In this document: positions 1 to 9,842 of the stretch, one piece after another | Position numbering within the stretch: the first letter of the stretch is position 1 | Layout: each line of letters begins with the position of its first letter | DNA from: Alphaproteobacteria bacterium CG11_big_fil_rev_8_21_14_0_20_39_49 | GTDB taxonomy: Bacteria > Pseudomonadota > Alphaproteobacteria > Rickettsiales > UBA6187 | DNA: 64,000 bases | NCBI GenBank assembly: GCA_002787635.1 | Contig: PCXK01000015.1 | Coordinates: 68,869-132,868, forward strand | Direction: 5' to 3' | Program-made: the position numbers and the translations under genes | Notes under the pieces: model-generated | What the model was told of the DNA's origin: nothing | The model's input: the letters and a program-made list of their open reading frames with translations, nothing else | Database searches by the model: none

Positions 1-657
1 CTTGAGGGAAATTTAGGGCAGTACGATGCACAAATAGCACAGGTTCAGCAGACTATTACCGAAATACGTATGAGTATCAAAAATCAGGAAAGTGATTATG
101 AAATAAAAATTTCAGACGGACTGCACGAGTTGCAATCTAAAATATCCGATATTACCGAACAGCTAAACACAGTCACCGATATTAACTTGCGAACAACAAT
201 CACAACGCCTGTTAGCGGTGTTGTTAACGCATTAAAATTTCATACGGTTGGAGGGGTAATAGCCTCAGGAAGCCCTATAATGGAAATTATCCCGCAAGAC
301 GACCAATTAATTATAGAAGCACATGTAAGTCCGTCAGATATTGACGTTACACATGCAGGTTTAGATGTTAATGTATTATTTACCGCTTATAAATCACGCA
401 ATACGCCGAAAGTTCCCGGAAAAATAATAAATGTGTCTGCCGACAAAGTTACGGATATGTACAAAAATCCTACTGAATCATATTATCTTGCACGTGTTCA
501 GGTGGATAAAAACTTTCTTGAAAATATGAAGAATAAAATCGAATTATATCCCGGTATGCCGGTAGACACTCTTATTCTAACAGGAACAAGATCTTTCCTT
601 AGTTACCTGTTCAACCCGATATCCAATAGTATGCAACGGGCTTTCAGGGAGGAATAA
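1..657 (+). CDS. HlyD-family type I secretion membrane-fusion (periplasmic adaptor) protein, C-terminal part; the 5' end lies outside the window
   Basis: Frame 1 is open from nt 1 (LEGNLGQYDAQIAQVQQTITEIR precedes the Met at 70). The C-terminal region ...ELYPGMPVDTLILTGTRSFLSYLFNPI... is typical of HlyD/AprE-type adaptors. Confidence 0.75.
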   Translation, partial: LEGNLGQYDAQIAQVQQTITEIRMSIKNQESDYEIKISDGLHELQSKISDITEQLNTVTDINLRTTITTPVSGVVNALKFHTVGGVIASGSPIMEIIPQDDQLIIEAHVSPSDIDVTHAGLDVNVLFTAYKSRNTPKVPGKIINVSADKVTDMYKNPTESYYLARVQVDKNFLENMKNKIELYPGMPVDTLILTGTRSFLSYLFNPISNSMQRAFREE

Positions 658-673
658 CTTCCGTACCATCATT

Positions 674-878
674 TATAGAAGCCACTGCAAAAGCTAAAAA
701 ACTACTCTCCCCTTGAGGGAGAGTTAAAAACACAAAGTGTTTTTGTGAGGGGTAAAAACTCGCAAGTGTCTGTTATACGTGCATGTATCGCCCCCTCCCT
801 ACCCCTCCCCCGTAAACGGGAGAGGGGATAAAAAGAACTCAAATTTGAACTTTACTAACTTTTACAGGGACGACAGCA
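674..878. repeat. Palindromic repeat family B, copy B1 (inverted relative to B2/B3)
   Basis: It shares tatagaagcCactgcaaaag...aaaaaactactctccccttgagggagagttaaaaacacaaagtgtttttgtgagggg...ccctccctacccctccc with 29177-29384 and 63617-63816 (reverse complement). The right boundary is approximate. Confidence 0.6.
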
Positions 879-911
879 TTGTTGAAAAGTTAATTTAAAA
901 TACTATAAAGT

Positions 912-1892
912 CTACCCCGCCTTTCTTTGAAAATCAGTATCTAACGCTTGAATCATGCTTGACAATCCTTCGGCAAGTTTTGTTGTTAAATGTATATTCA
1001 AACGTGATGCAAGATATGACGGATCACCTACGGAAACAAAAATATCACCCTGACGGGCAGCTTTATAAATGCGGTGCATTTTGCAACCTGATACTTTTGC
1101 GATAATTTCCGATAGCTGATTTATAGATGTTTTAATACCTGTGCAAAGATTAACTTCATCATGCCCCCGATTATGATTGTTATGCTCTAAATTATGCATC
1201 GCCGTCATAAAACCTTTCACCGCATCGGCAATATAAACGAAATCCCTTATCTGCTCACCGTTACCGAAGATATTAATTATCTTTCCGTTTAAGATATGGT
1301 CTGTAAAAATCGATATAACCCCTGAATATGGTGAATTAGGGTCTTGCCTTGCACCGTAAACATTAAAAGGACGCAATCCTATATTAGGTACTTTATGTAC
1401 ACTCCATGCGACTCTGCCGTGTAGGTCGCAACTGAATTTATCCACGCCATAAGCGGTAATCGGAGAAGCTCTTTCCGTTTCTGCTATAGGTACTGCCTTG
1501 CAATCACCGTATATAGCAGCCGATGACGTATATACCACAGGCATTTTATATCCTCGTTCGCTAATTGCCTGAAAGATATTTACCGTAGCCGTAACATTTA
1601 CAGTATGGGTTTTTGACCATTCTTTTATGGATTTTTCTACAGATGCAACTGCGGCAAGATGAAAACAGCCGTCAATATTTGCAAGAGATTTGTTTACGGT
1701 GTTATAATCTGTAACATCGCCAATTAATAATAATGCTTTAGGATTTGCATTCTCAATTTTACCAGTAGAAAGATTATCAAGTATTACAACTTCATATCCT
1801 TTGTTAATTAGTGCATCTACAAGATGCGACCCTATGAAACCGCATCCGCCTGTTACAAGATAGCGTTTTTGTTTTTTATATGTTGCTTTCAT
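912..1892 (-). CDS. NAD-dependent sugar-nucleotide epimerase/dehydratase (extended SDR); substrate unknown, a UDP-hexose/UDP-HexNAc 4-epimerase is possible
   Basis: N-terminal Rossmann motif GGCGFIGSHLVDAL, catalytic YGVDK (YxxxK), and a 326-aa length typical of GalE/WbpP-type enzymes. It lies 28 nt downstream of glmS on the same strand. Confidence 0.85.
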   Translation of the reverse strand: MKATYKKQKRYLVTGGCGFIGSHLVDALINKGYEVVILDNLSTGKIENANPKALLLIGDVTDYNTVNKSLANIDGCFHLAAVASVEKSIKEWSKTHTVNVTATVNIFQAISERGYKMPVVYTSSAAIYGDCKAVPIAETERASPITAYGVDKFSCDLHGRVAWSVHKVPNIGLRPFNVYGARQDPNSPYSGVISIFTDHILNGKIINIFGNGEQIRDFVYIADAVKGFMTAMHNLEHNNHNRGHDEVNLCTGIKTSINQLSEIIAKVSGCKMHRIYKAARQGDIFVSVGDPSYLASRLNIHLTTKLAEGLSSMIQALDTDFQRKAG

Positions 1893-1920
1893 TTTCTTTA
1901 CTCATTTTAGTGTAAGACGT

Positions 1921-3753
1921 TTATTCCACGGTTACGGATTTTGCTAAATTACGAGGCTGATCGACATCATTGCCCTTTGCTACCGCCACATAGTATGCCA
2001 GCATTTGCAATGCAACCGTATAAATAACCGGAGTTGCAAATTCGTGGCAGTCGGGCATAATTATAACATTAGGTGTTATGTTATGTATTTGCAAAGCTCC
2101 TTTAGAGTCACATAACGCTATAACATTTCCTTTGCGTGCTATTGCCTCATAAATATTTGAACATGTTTTACCGAATAAATTATCAGACGGATTAATTGCG
2201 ATAATGGGAATATCTTTGTCAACAAGTGCAAGAGGTCCGTGTTTTAACTCTCCCGCCGCAATTCCCTCGGCATGGATATAAGTTAGCTCTTTAAGTTTTA
2301 AAGCTCCCTCCATTGCGACCGGATATGATGTTCCACGTCCTATAAACAAAACGCTCTTTGCACTAAATATGCTTTGTGCCAGAAAATATATCAACCTGTC
2401 ATTCATAAGTGTTTGTTCAACCGCATGAGGCAGCTCTTTCAATGCTTTTATCATTTCTATTAAACGGTTTTTTTTCAACACCCCACGAGCAGAAGCTATA
2501 TATATAGCAAGACATGCCATAACTGTAAGCTGTGCCGTAAAAGCTTTAGTTGATGCAACGCCTATTTCAGCACCTGCGAAGATAGGTAATACGACATCAG
2601 ATTCATTAGCCATTGTGCTTTGTGTAACGTTAACAACGCTTATTATGAATTGCTGTTTTTCTTTAGCGAATTTTAAAGCGGCAAGTGTGTCGGCGGTTTC
2701 ACCTGATTGGGAAATAAACAACGCAACTCCCCCTGCTTTTAAAGGAGTTTCCCTGTAACGGAATTCTGATGCGATATCTACACTTACATTAAGTCCGGAT
2801 AGTTTTTCTATCCAGTATCTACTTATCATTCCCGCATAGTTAGAAGTTCCGCATGCAACGATAGTGATTTGAGGCACATCGGCAAAATTAAACGGAAATT
2901 CCGGCATAATAATTTCATTGCCTGCTTCGTTGATATATTTGGAAAATATTCCCGATAATACGCTTGGCTGCTCCAGTATTTCCTTCATCATGTAATGGCG
3001 GTGAATCCCCTTTTCGGTAGTCTCCTGAGAATACCCTGAAATACTTGTGGAGCGGTTTACTATTTTGTTGTCATTGTCATATATCGTAACTACATGGTCT
3101 TCTATGTTAGCAATATCTCCGTCTTTTAGGTAAGAAACTTTAGAAGTAAAGGGTGAAAGTGAAATAGCGTCAGAACCCACATAAATACTTTTATTAGCAT
3201 AACCTATTGCAAGAGGAGAGCCTTGTTTTGCGGCAACCATTAGACTTTTCTTGCCTGAGAATATAACGGCAAGGGCATATGTTCCCGAAAGTTTCTTTAT
3301 TGCGGCTTCTACGGACTTAACGGGTGTCAGTCCTTTTTCAAGATTTTGTGTTATAAGATGTGCTATAACCTCGCTATCTGTTTCGGACTTCATTATTCTG
3401 CCCGACCTTAGAATCTCTTTCCGAAGATGCTGAAAATTTTCAATTATACCGTTATGAACAACCGCAACTTTATCGGTAACATGCGGGTGTGCATTATTTT
3501 CCGTAACTACTCCGTGTGTAGCCCAGCGTGTGTGTCCTATACCTATATTGCCGTTTATAGGGTTATCATATAGCTTTTTTTTCAGGAAATTAAGATTTCC
3601 TGTGCTTCGTACGCATAATATAGAACCGTCGCTTGCAACGGTAGCAATGCCTGAGGAATCGTATCCACGGTATTCGACACGCTTTAATCCGTCCATTAAA
3701 CGAGATGATACATCTATATTCTCATTCGCAACAACACCGATAATACCACACAT
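1921..3753 (-). CDS. glmS: Glutamine--fructose-6-phosphate aminotransferase (isomerizing)
   Basis: MCGIIGVV N-terminus (catalytic Cys2), two SIS domains, C-terminal ...LAKSVTVE. AAGGAGA lies 8 nt upstream of the ATG at 3753. The longer track ORF (to 3837) would bury the catalytic Cys. Confidence 0.95.
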   Translation of the reverse strand: MCGIIGVVANENIDVSSRLMDGLKRVEYRGYDSSGIATVASDGSILCVRSTGNLNFLKKKLYDNPINGNIGIGHTRWATHGVVTENNAHPHVTDKVAVVHNGIIENFQHLRKEILRSGRIMKSETDSEVIAHLITQNLEKGLTPVKSVEAAIKKLSGTYALAVIFSGKKSLMVAAKQGSPLAIGYANKSIYVGSDAISLSPFTSKVSYLKDGDIANIEDHVVTIYDNDNKIVNRSTSISGYSQETTEKGIHRHYMMKEILEQPSVLSGIFSKYINEAGNEIIMPEFPFNFADVPQITIVACGTSNYAGMISRYWIEKLSGLNVSVDIASEFRYRETPLKAGGVALFISQSGETADTLAALKFAKEKQQFIISVVNVTQSTMANESDVVLPIFAGAEIGVASTKAFTAQLTVMACLAIYIASARGVLKKNRLIEMIKALKELPHAVEQTLMNDRLIYFLAQSIFSAKSVLFIGRGTSYPVAMEGALKLKELTYIHAEGIAAGELKHGPLALVDKDIPIIAINPSDNLFGKTCSNIYEAIARKGNVIALCDSKGALQIHNITPNVIIMPDCHEFATPVIYTVALQMLAYYVAVAKGNDVDQPRNLAKSVTVE

Positions 3754-3981
3754 TATAAATTCTCCTTTTAAATTATTCAAAAGTCTGTATTGAGCAGTAT
3801 ATTTACAAGATACGCTCATAATGTTGCGATACCGCATTTTTGAGATATTTATAATATTTTCATATCATTATGGAAATATTATAAGATTGGTGTTTCGCTA
3901 TATAGGATTGTTATATTTTTCCCATTACATATACGTCTTCAGTATGAATTTTATAAATTCTAATTTTGAGGACGTTTATTT

Positions 3982-4839
3982 ATGCGAAAATTCATTGTGG
4001 CATTTGCTTGCGTGCTATTCCTATATGCACTTGCACCGGCACAGCATAGTAAAGATGAGAAATTTGCCGTATACTATACTAATAAACTTCCGGCAGATAG
4101 GTTTACTAAATATGATCTATTGATACTAGATAGTATCCATCACCCCTCTTTAAGGTCTATTTCAGAAAATACCCCTACTATCCTCGGATATATTAGCTTA
4201 GGTGAAGTGGCTGAAAGTAGCTCTTATTTTTCATTGTTCAAAAAAAGCAATCTTTTACTTACTGAAAACGAGAATTGGAAAGGCAGCTATGGTGTGGATA
4301 TACGAGAATCCTTATGGCAAAAAACAGTTATTGAAGAACTGATACCCGAAATATTAAGGAGTGGATTTAACGGTATATTTATAGATACGCTTGATACTCC
4401 GTTAGAAATGGAAAAACAGGATCCTAAAAAATATTTCGGCATGGCGGATTCGGCGATACAAATTATTCAGGCAATAAGATTAAATTATCCTACGATAAAA
4501 ATAATGGTTAACCGCTCCTATGATATTCTTCCCAAAATAGCTAGTTCTATTGATATGGTGCTGGGAGAATCGGTAAATAATACATATAATTTTGAAAGCG
4601 GTAAATACGAGCCTGTAAACGAAATATCTTATAATAATCAGGTTGAATGGTTAAAAGATGCCGTATCTTTTAATAAGTCTTTAAAGATATATACACTTGA
4701 TTACGCTAATAAAAGTGACATTACAAAAATTGCCGACATATACCGCATACAACGTGCCAACGGTTTTATACCTTATGTTACCACTATAGGTCTTGATGAG
4801 CTTATAGCGGAGCCTGTTATCGGCGGGAGTGTTAAATAG
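3982..4839 (+). CDS. Secreted glycoside hydrolase-like TIM-barrel protein (PF03537/GH114-type, PelA-hydrolase/Ega3-like)
   Basis: Signal peptide MRKFIVAFACVLFLYALAPA. Motifs ILGYISLGEV, WKGSYGVDIRESLW and GFNGIFIDTLD match the family pattern as I recall it. GAGGA lies upstream of the ATG. Confidence 0.6.
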   Translation: MRKFIVAFACVLFLYALAPAQHSKDEKFAVYYTNKLPADRFTKYDLLILDSIHHPSLRSISENTPTILGYISLGEVAESSSYFSLFKKSNLLLTENENWKGSYGVDIRESLWQKTVIEELIPEILRSGFNGIFIDTLDTPLEMEKQDPKKYFGMADSAIQIIQAIRLNYPTIKIMVNRSYDILPKIASSIDMVLGESVNNTYNFESGKYEPVNEISYNNQVEWLKDAVSFNKSLKIYTLDYANKSDITKIADIYRIQRANGFIPYVTTIGLDELIAEPVIGGSVK

Positions 4840-7079
4840 TGCGTAGCTTCATTTATAAGATTATTTTCGTATCTTGTGTTTTTCTAAACATATCCGATTC
4901 ATACGCTAAAGAGGTTGTTTTACCTCGCACCGTAATTGCGTTTTATGATTCGAAAATCAGCGAGCTGCATACATCGAATATCCATACTTTGGTGGAGATG
5001 CCGCTAAATCATTTAGGTATTAAGGTTGAATATTACGATATAAACAGCCCCCTTCCTGACATTAAGTCCCGTGAAGATGTCAGGGGAGTTCTAACTTGGT
5101 TTTTCTTTGAAACCAATATGGATAACCCCGAAGAATATCTTAAATGGGCGACCGATGTTGTAAATTCAGGAAAAAAATACGTTATAATAGGAAATTTAGG
5201 AGTAATAGGAGGAAAGAATAAGCCTAACATTATAGCGGTAAATAGTTTTATGGGTACACTTGGTCTAAAAGCCACCCAAGGCTGGACCGAAACCGCTTTT
5301 GACGTATCATATTCATATAATACGCCTTCTATGTTTTTATCGGAAAAGCCGTTTTTCTGGAATAGAACCTCTTATGAAACCGTTACTAACATAGATAATG
5401 AAAATAATAATACAGTACATTTATCCGTAACAAGGGGTAATGCTTTTGAAGAAAGCAGCGATCTTGTGATTACAGGTTCAAAAGGCGGATATGCCTCATC
5501 AGGTTATGCTATAAAAACTAATGTTATTGAGGGTAAAAAAACCCGTCAGTGGGTTGTTGATCCTTTTAAATTTTTACGCTTTGCGTTTGATACGGATGAT
5601 TTGCCGAAGCCCGATACGACAACTATTGCCGGAAGGCGTATCTATTACAGCCATATAGATGGTGACGGACTAAATAACGTAACGCAGCTTGAAGAATATA
5701 AAGGCAAGAACGTGCTATCGGCTGAAGTTATCATGGAAAAAGCTGTAAAACCATATCCGGGCTTACCGGTCACACTTACGGTTATTGCTGCCGATATAGA
5801 TTCTAAATGGATGGCGGCAAAAGACAGTGTAGAGGTAGCAAAAGCGTTTTTTGCCCTGCCACAGGTTGAAGCGGGCAGCCATACTTATAGCCACCCGTTC
5901 ATTTGGGAGTTTTTCAAAGAAGGTGATATAAATAAAGAAAAACCGTATATGCATATATACACCAAAACTACCAAAAATCCGGTATGGAACCCAAATGAAG
6001 ATGAAAATGTTTTGGCAAGCCTTTTTTCAAAAAAACCGCCTGCAAAAGTCATGGTAGACGGTAATAAAACTCCAAGAGCATATGCCAATTTTCCATTTGA
6101 TATTAAAAAAGAAGTTCAAGGTTCGATCGATAAGGTAAACTCAATTTTACCTGAAAATAAAAAAGTTAAAATTATTATGTGGTCGGGTAATTGCAGTCCT
6201 TGGGACGCGGTTATACGTGCCTCCCGTGTTGCCGGTGTGCAGAATATAAATGGAGGCGACACCATGTTTGACCCGCAACACCCTGATTATGCTAACGTAG
6301 CTCCGATTGGCAGACCGGTGGGAAATGAACGTCAGATATACGCTTCAAGCAGCAATGAAATACCATATACAAATGAGTGGACGAAAAACTTTAACTCTTA
6401 CAGTCACTTAAAAGAAACTATGATTAATACCGAACTGCCTATCCGTCTGAAGCCTATTAATATTTATTATCACCTTTACTCCGGAGAAAAAGCGGCGGGT
6501 CTTAACGCTTTACTTACAAATCTTGACTATGCATCAACCCAGAACATAGCTCCGGTTACTACAAGCGATTATACTCATATTGCCGAAGGTTTTTATGATA
6601 CCGTCATTAGCAAAGCCGGTAATGATATATGGAAAATAACAAACCGTGGTCAACTTGCGACCATACGATTTGATAACCTTATGTTTAAATCTGTTGATTT
6701 TATAAAGTCCAAAGGAGTTGTAGGTCAAAGGCGTTTGAACGGTAGTTTGTATGTATATTTAGATAGCAGCCTCCCTACTACATTTATAGCACTGAAAGAT
6801 AACCCGTCTTATTTTACACAGTCAAAGGAAGCCGTCCCATATCTGATTGAAAGCAGATGGTTGATTTCAGGCTTAAGCCGCAACTCAAATTACGTGTCTT
6901 TTAAGACGCATGGTTTCGGTATCGGAACGATGGTTTGGAATGTGCCTAAAAACGGCAATTACCTTGTCCGTATTAACGGAAAGGACTACACAACCGTAGC
7001 CTCGGAGGATAATAAACTTAAATTACAGATAGATATTGATGCTACTGCACCGTTGCAACTTAAAATAACCAGAGTATAA
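4839..7079 (+). CDS. Secreted polysaccharide deacetylase-like protein (CE4/CE18-type metal-site motifs) with an uncharacterised N-terminal domain
   Basis: The GTG start overlaps the upstream TAG (TAGTG), with GGGAG 10 nt upstream. Signal peptide present. SHIDGDG (Asp pair) and GSHTYSHP (H-x3-H) resemble carbohydrate-esterase motifs 1 and 2. Confidence 0.5.
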   Translation: MRSFIYKIIFVSCVFLNISDSYAKEVVLPRTVIAFYDSKISELHTSNIHTLVEMPLNHLGIKVEYYDINSPLPDIKSREDVRGVLTWFFFETNMDNPEEYLKWATDVVNSGKKYVIIGNLGVIGGKNKPNIIAVNSFMGTLGLKATQGWTETAFDVSYSYNTPSMFLSEKPFFWNRTSYETVTNIDNENNNTVHLSVTRGNAFEESSDLVITGSKGGYASSGYAIKTNVIEGKKTRQWVVDPFKFLRFAFDTDDLPKPDTTTIAGRRIYYSHIDGDGLNNVTQLEEYKGKNVLSAEVIMEKAVKPYPGLPVTLTVIAADIDSKWMAAKDSVEVAKAFFALPQVEAGSHTYSHPFIWEFFKEGDINKEKPYMHIYTKTTKNPVWNPNEDENVLASLFSKKPPAKVMVDGNKTPRAYANFPFDIKKEVQGSIDKVNSILPENKKVKIIMWSGNCSPWDAVIRASRVAGVQNINGGDTMFDPQHPDYANVAPIGRPVGNERQIYASSSNEIPYTNEWTKNFNSYSHLKETMINTELPIRLKPINIYYHLYSGEKAAGLNALLTNLDYASTQNIAPVTTSDYTHIAEGFYDTVISKAGNDIWKITNRGQLATIRFDNLMFKSVDFIKSKGVVGQRRLNGSLYVYLDSSLPTTFIALKDNPSYFTQSKEAVPYLIESRWLISGLSRNSNYVSFKTHGFGIGTMVWNVPKNGNYLVRINGKDYTTVASEDNKLKLQIDIDATAPLQLKITRV

Positions 7080-7080
7080 A

Positions 7081-9807
7081 ATGTATCTTAAAATAGCCGG
7101 ATTTATTTTAATAATAATCACCATTGTGGGAGTCTCAAGTTTTTATGCCGCACCTGAAAAAGGCGACATAGCTTTAATGCAGCTTGAAGACAAAAAATTT
7201 AGTAAGTCTATCGCATATTACAAAGAACAGTATTCTTTGAATGAAGATTCTATAAATGTGGTTATACCCCTAATGCGAATTTATGATTATTATGGTCATA
7301 ACCAAGAAAATATAAATATTATGGAATCGTTTGTAAAACGCAATCCTGATTCTGTAGAAGCAGTAAAGCATCTAGCCTCACTTTATAAGGTAGAAAAATA
7401 TTATGAGAAATATTGCAGAAGTCTGGAACAATTGCAAAAAATCGATCCGTCGGTTGAAAGCTTACAAATACTGGTTAATACATACCGTTTTTTAGGAAAC
7501 GTAAAAGAAGAAATGTCAGCACTTGCAAGATTGCTGCAAGATGACTCATATGATGTATTGGAAGAAGATTATATGAGGCTTGCATCGCTATATATGCTTG
7601 ATAACGGAAATTATGCCGATGCATCTGCAACATTGCTGGATTTTTACAACAGGAAACCAAAAGATGTTAGCATAAACTCCGCTTATATGGCGGTACAAAT
7701 ACTCGGAGAACTTGGCGAAACAGATAATGCCGGTAATGTAATAAATTTCTTTTTAAAAACCTTGAAAAAAGAACACAGGCAAGATAGTGCTATCGTATTA
7801 TCTGCCGTTTTGCATCGTGCCGGAGAACTTGCGTTTGCTTATGAGATACTCAGTCCTTACTTGGATAACCTTGATAACTCGCCGGAATTATTGCGACGTG
7901 TTGTAGAAATAAAACTAGCCCTCAAAGGAGAGCGGGAAGTTTTTACCGATTTAGCCGCAAGGTTTGAACAGAAAAAACTACCGAGTGGTTTACATATTCC
8001 GTTGCTTGATCTGGCAATCCAATTTAATGATGATAAATTATTTGAGTCTTTGTTTCAGGAGTCTTTTTTTCAGGACATGGACGAATCATCGCTAGTGCGG
8101 TATGTGGATAAAATATCTCAGATAAAAAAACCTTATCTTGCTTCAATCCTGCAAAAACAACTCGGGCAAGATTATCTGAAGTCCACCCCCTTGCTGACGG
8201 CTTTGTTGAATGTTACGATAAACACCTCCCCTAACTCTATAAACGAGCTTAATAACTTGCCTGCAAAACTAATGGCATCTTCTGATAATAAAAGGATACT
8301 TATTAAGTTTTATTTTCGCCACGGCAAGCATTTACGAGCTTTTTCATTGATTGAAACCATTTCCGTATCCTATATTTTAGATTCGATTAGCCCTTTACAG
8401 TTTGCAGAAATTTATTTGTCGGTAAATAAAGCAGATATAGGCTTGGCACGTATAAATGATGCAATCAAAAAAGAGTCGGGTATCGCCGATAATAAAAAAC
8501 AAATTATGTATGATACGGCACTTTTCTTAGAATCGGGAGCAGGAGACGAGGACGGTGTATTTGCATGGCTTGAAAACCACAAGGAGGCAAAAGCAGGCAC
8601 TCTTTCCGATGCCGCTTACATAGCTAGTAAATATAAGCATTTTTCATTAGCAGTTATAATTTTCGAGCGGTTTTATAAGATTGATAAAAACCCTAAAATG
8701 TTAATAGAACTATCGGAAATGATGATAAGGGATAATCAGTATGCGACAGCTGCCAAACAGCTTGAGCCTCTGGTAGAAGATAATAAGGCGGCAAGAGCCG
8801 CATATATTAATTGTATGGCAGCATGGATACGTTCTACAGGAATAAATTCACGGGATTCAGAAAAAGCACAGCTTGGCGTATTCCTCACCGGAGTAATGAA
8901 AAACCGTGATCTGTCTTTAGATGAAAAGCGTAATGTTGCGTATCTTCTTTTGGGATCGGGTTTTCGCAGAAAAGCTGAAGATATTTTTATAGAACTGGCA
9001 TCCACTCAGCCATTTGCAAGTAATGACGTATCGGAATTACTTGGATTTTGGGGTAATAAATTCTCACCTAAAGCTAAAATCTGGATTGAACGCAGGGCAA
9101 GGCGTGCCGAAGGTCTGGAAAAAGCATTGTGGCTTTCTCATATAAATGATGCCGTATATCCTGAAATTGTAATATCGGTATTCGATAGCGAAGGTACGAA
9201 ACAATATTCTTTGATAACAGATGAATATATAAATTCACTCGTATTAACACAAAACAAAGAGCGTCTTGAAAAACTTATTGCAGGCGAGATAAGCATTGAA
9301 GAAAGCACTAAACGCCTTGAAAGGCTGGCGACCATAGCATATCAGGAAGATTTACCCGAAGTGTCTGTGAGCGGTTGGAAGAAACTTTATAAAATCGACC
9401 CGCAAAATAATGAAGCGGAAAGGGCATTGGGATTAGCAGCATTTAATAAGAACCGTTTTAAAGAGGCGGAATATTTGCTGAAGAAATATTTAAGCAAGAA
9501 CAAGGGCGACCAGCATGTAAACTATGCTTATGGAGAAATACTGCTTCGTAACGGTAAAAATGATAAGGCAGATGAGTATTTTAATCTTGCTTATAAACAA
9601 ATATCCGAAATTAAGAACAAAAATATCTATCAGATGATTACGGAGGCTTCGGTTTTGTACCGCATTAACCGCGTTGAAGACTCATTTGACCTGTACGATA
9701 AACTATTGAAGGAAAATCCTGAAAATAAATCGCTGCGGGTGGATTTTGCCCAAAGACTGATTGAGAATAAGCGATACACCGAGGCATCTTTGCTAATAAT
9801 GAATTAA
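7081..9807 (+). CDS. Large TPR-repeat protein with an N-terminal membrane anchor/signal (PelB/PgaA TPR-region-like)
   Basis: N-terminal hydrophobic segment IAGFILIIITIVGVSSFYA. Repeated about 34-aa A/Y/L-rich TPR-like units run throughout (for example AERALGLAAFNKNRFKEAEYLLKKYL). It starts 1 nt after the upstream stop. Confidence 0.7.
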   Translation: MYLKIAGFILIIITIVGVSSFYAAPEKGDIALMQLEDKKFSKSIAYYKEQYSLNEDSINVVIPLMRIYDYYGHNQENINIMESFVKRNPDSVEAVKHLASLYKVEKYYEKYCRSLEQLQKIDPSVESLQILVNTYRFLGNVKEEMSALARLLQDDSYDVLEEDYMRLASLYMLDNGNYADASATLLDFYNRKPKDVSINSAYMAVQILGELGETDNAGNVINFFLKTLKKEHRQDSAIVLSAVLHRAGELAFAYEILSPYLDNLDNSPELLRRVVEIKLALKGEREVFTDLAARFEQKKLPSGLHIPLLDLAIQFNDDKLFESLFQESFFQDMDESSLVRYVDKISQIKKPYLASILQKQLGQDYLKSTPLLTALLNVTINTSPNSINELNNLPAKLMASSDNKRILIKFYFRHGKHLRAFSLIETISVSYILDSISPLQFAEIYLSVNKADIGLARINDAIKKESGIADNKKQIMYDTALFLESGAGDEDGVFAWLENHKEAKAGTLSDAAYIASKYKHFSLAVIIFERFYKIDKNPKMLIELSEMMIRDNQYATAAKQLEPLVEDNKAARAAYINCMAAWIRSTGINSRDSEKAQLGVFLTGVMKNRDLSLDEKRNVAYLLLGSGFRRKAEDIFIELASTQPFASNDVSELLGFWGNKFSPKAKIWIERRARRAEGLEKALWLSHINDAVYPEIVISVFDSEGTKQYSLITDEYINSLVLTQNKERLEKLIAGEISIEESTKRLERLATIAYQEDLPEVSVSGWKKLYKIDPQNNEAERALGLAAFNKNRFKEAEYLLKKYLSKNKGDQHVNYAYGEILLRNGKNDKADEYFNLAYKQISEIKNKNIYQMITEASVLYRINRVEDSFDLYDKLLKENPENKSLRVDFAQRLIENKRYTEASLLIMN

Positions 9808-9842
9808 GCAGCAACATTTAGAAAAAGCGAGAGGAATATATT

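Noticed and set aside
3251-3793. Plus-strand ORFs (3251-3433, 3530-3793) inside glmS
   Set aside because: They are antisense shadow ORFs within a strongly supported, full-length glmS. They have no RBS and their composition mirrors the opposite strand.
3754-3837. 28-codon N-terminal extension of glmS in the ORF track
   Set aside because: GlmS needs Cys as the first residue after Met removal (MCGIIG). AAGGAGA precedes the ATG at 3753, so the extension is not credible.
3821-4123. 100-aa plus-strand ORF spanning the glmS/hydrolase intergenic region
   Set aside because: It overlaps the better-supported 3982-4839 gene in another frame. Its peptide is low-complexity and I/F/Y-rich, typical of AT-rich noncoding DNA.
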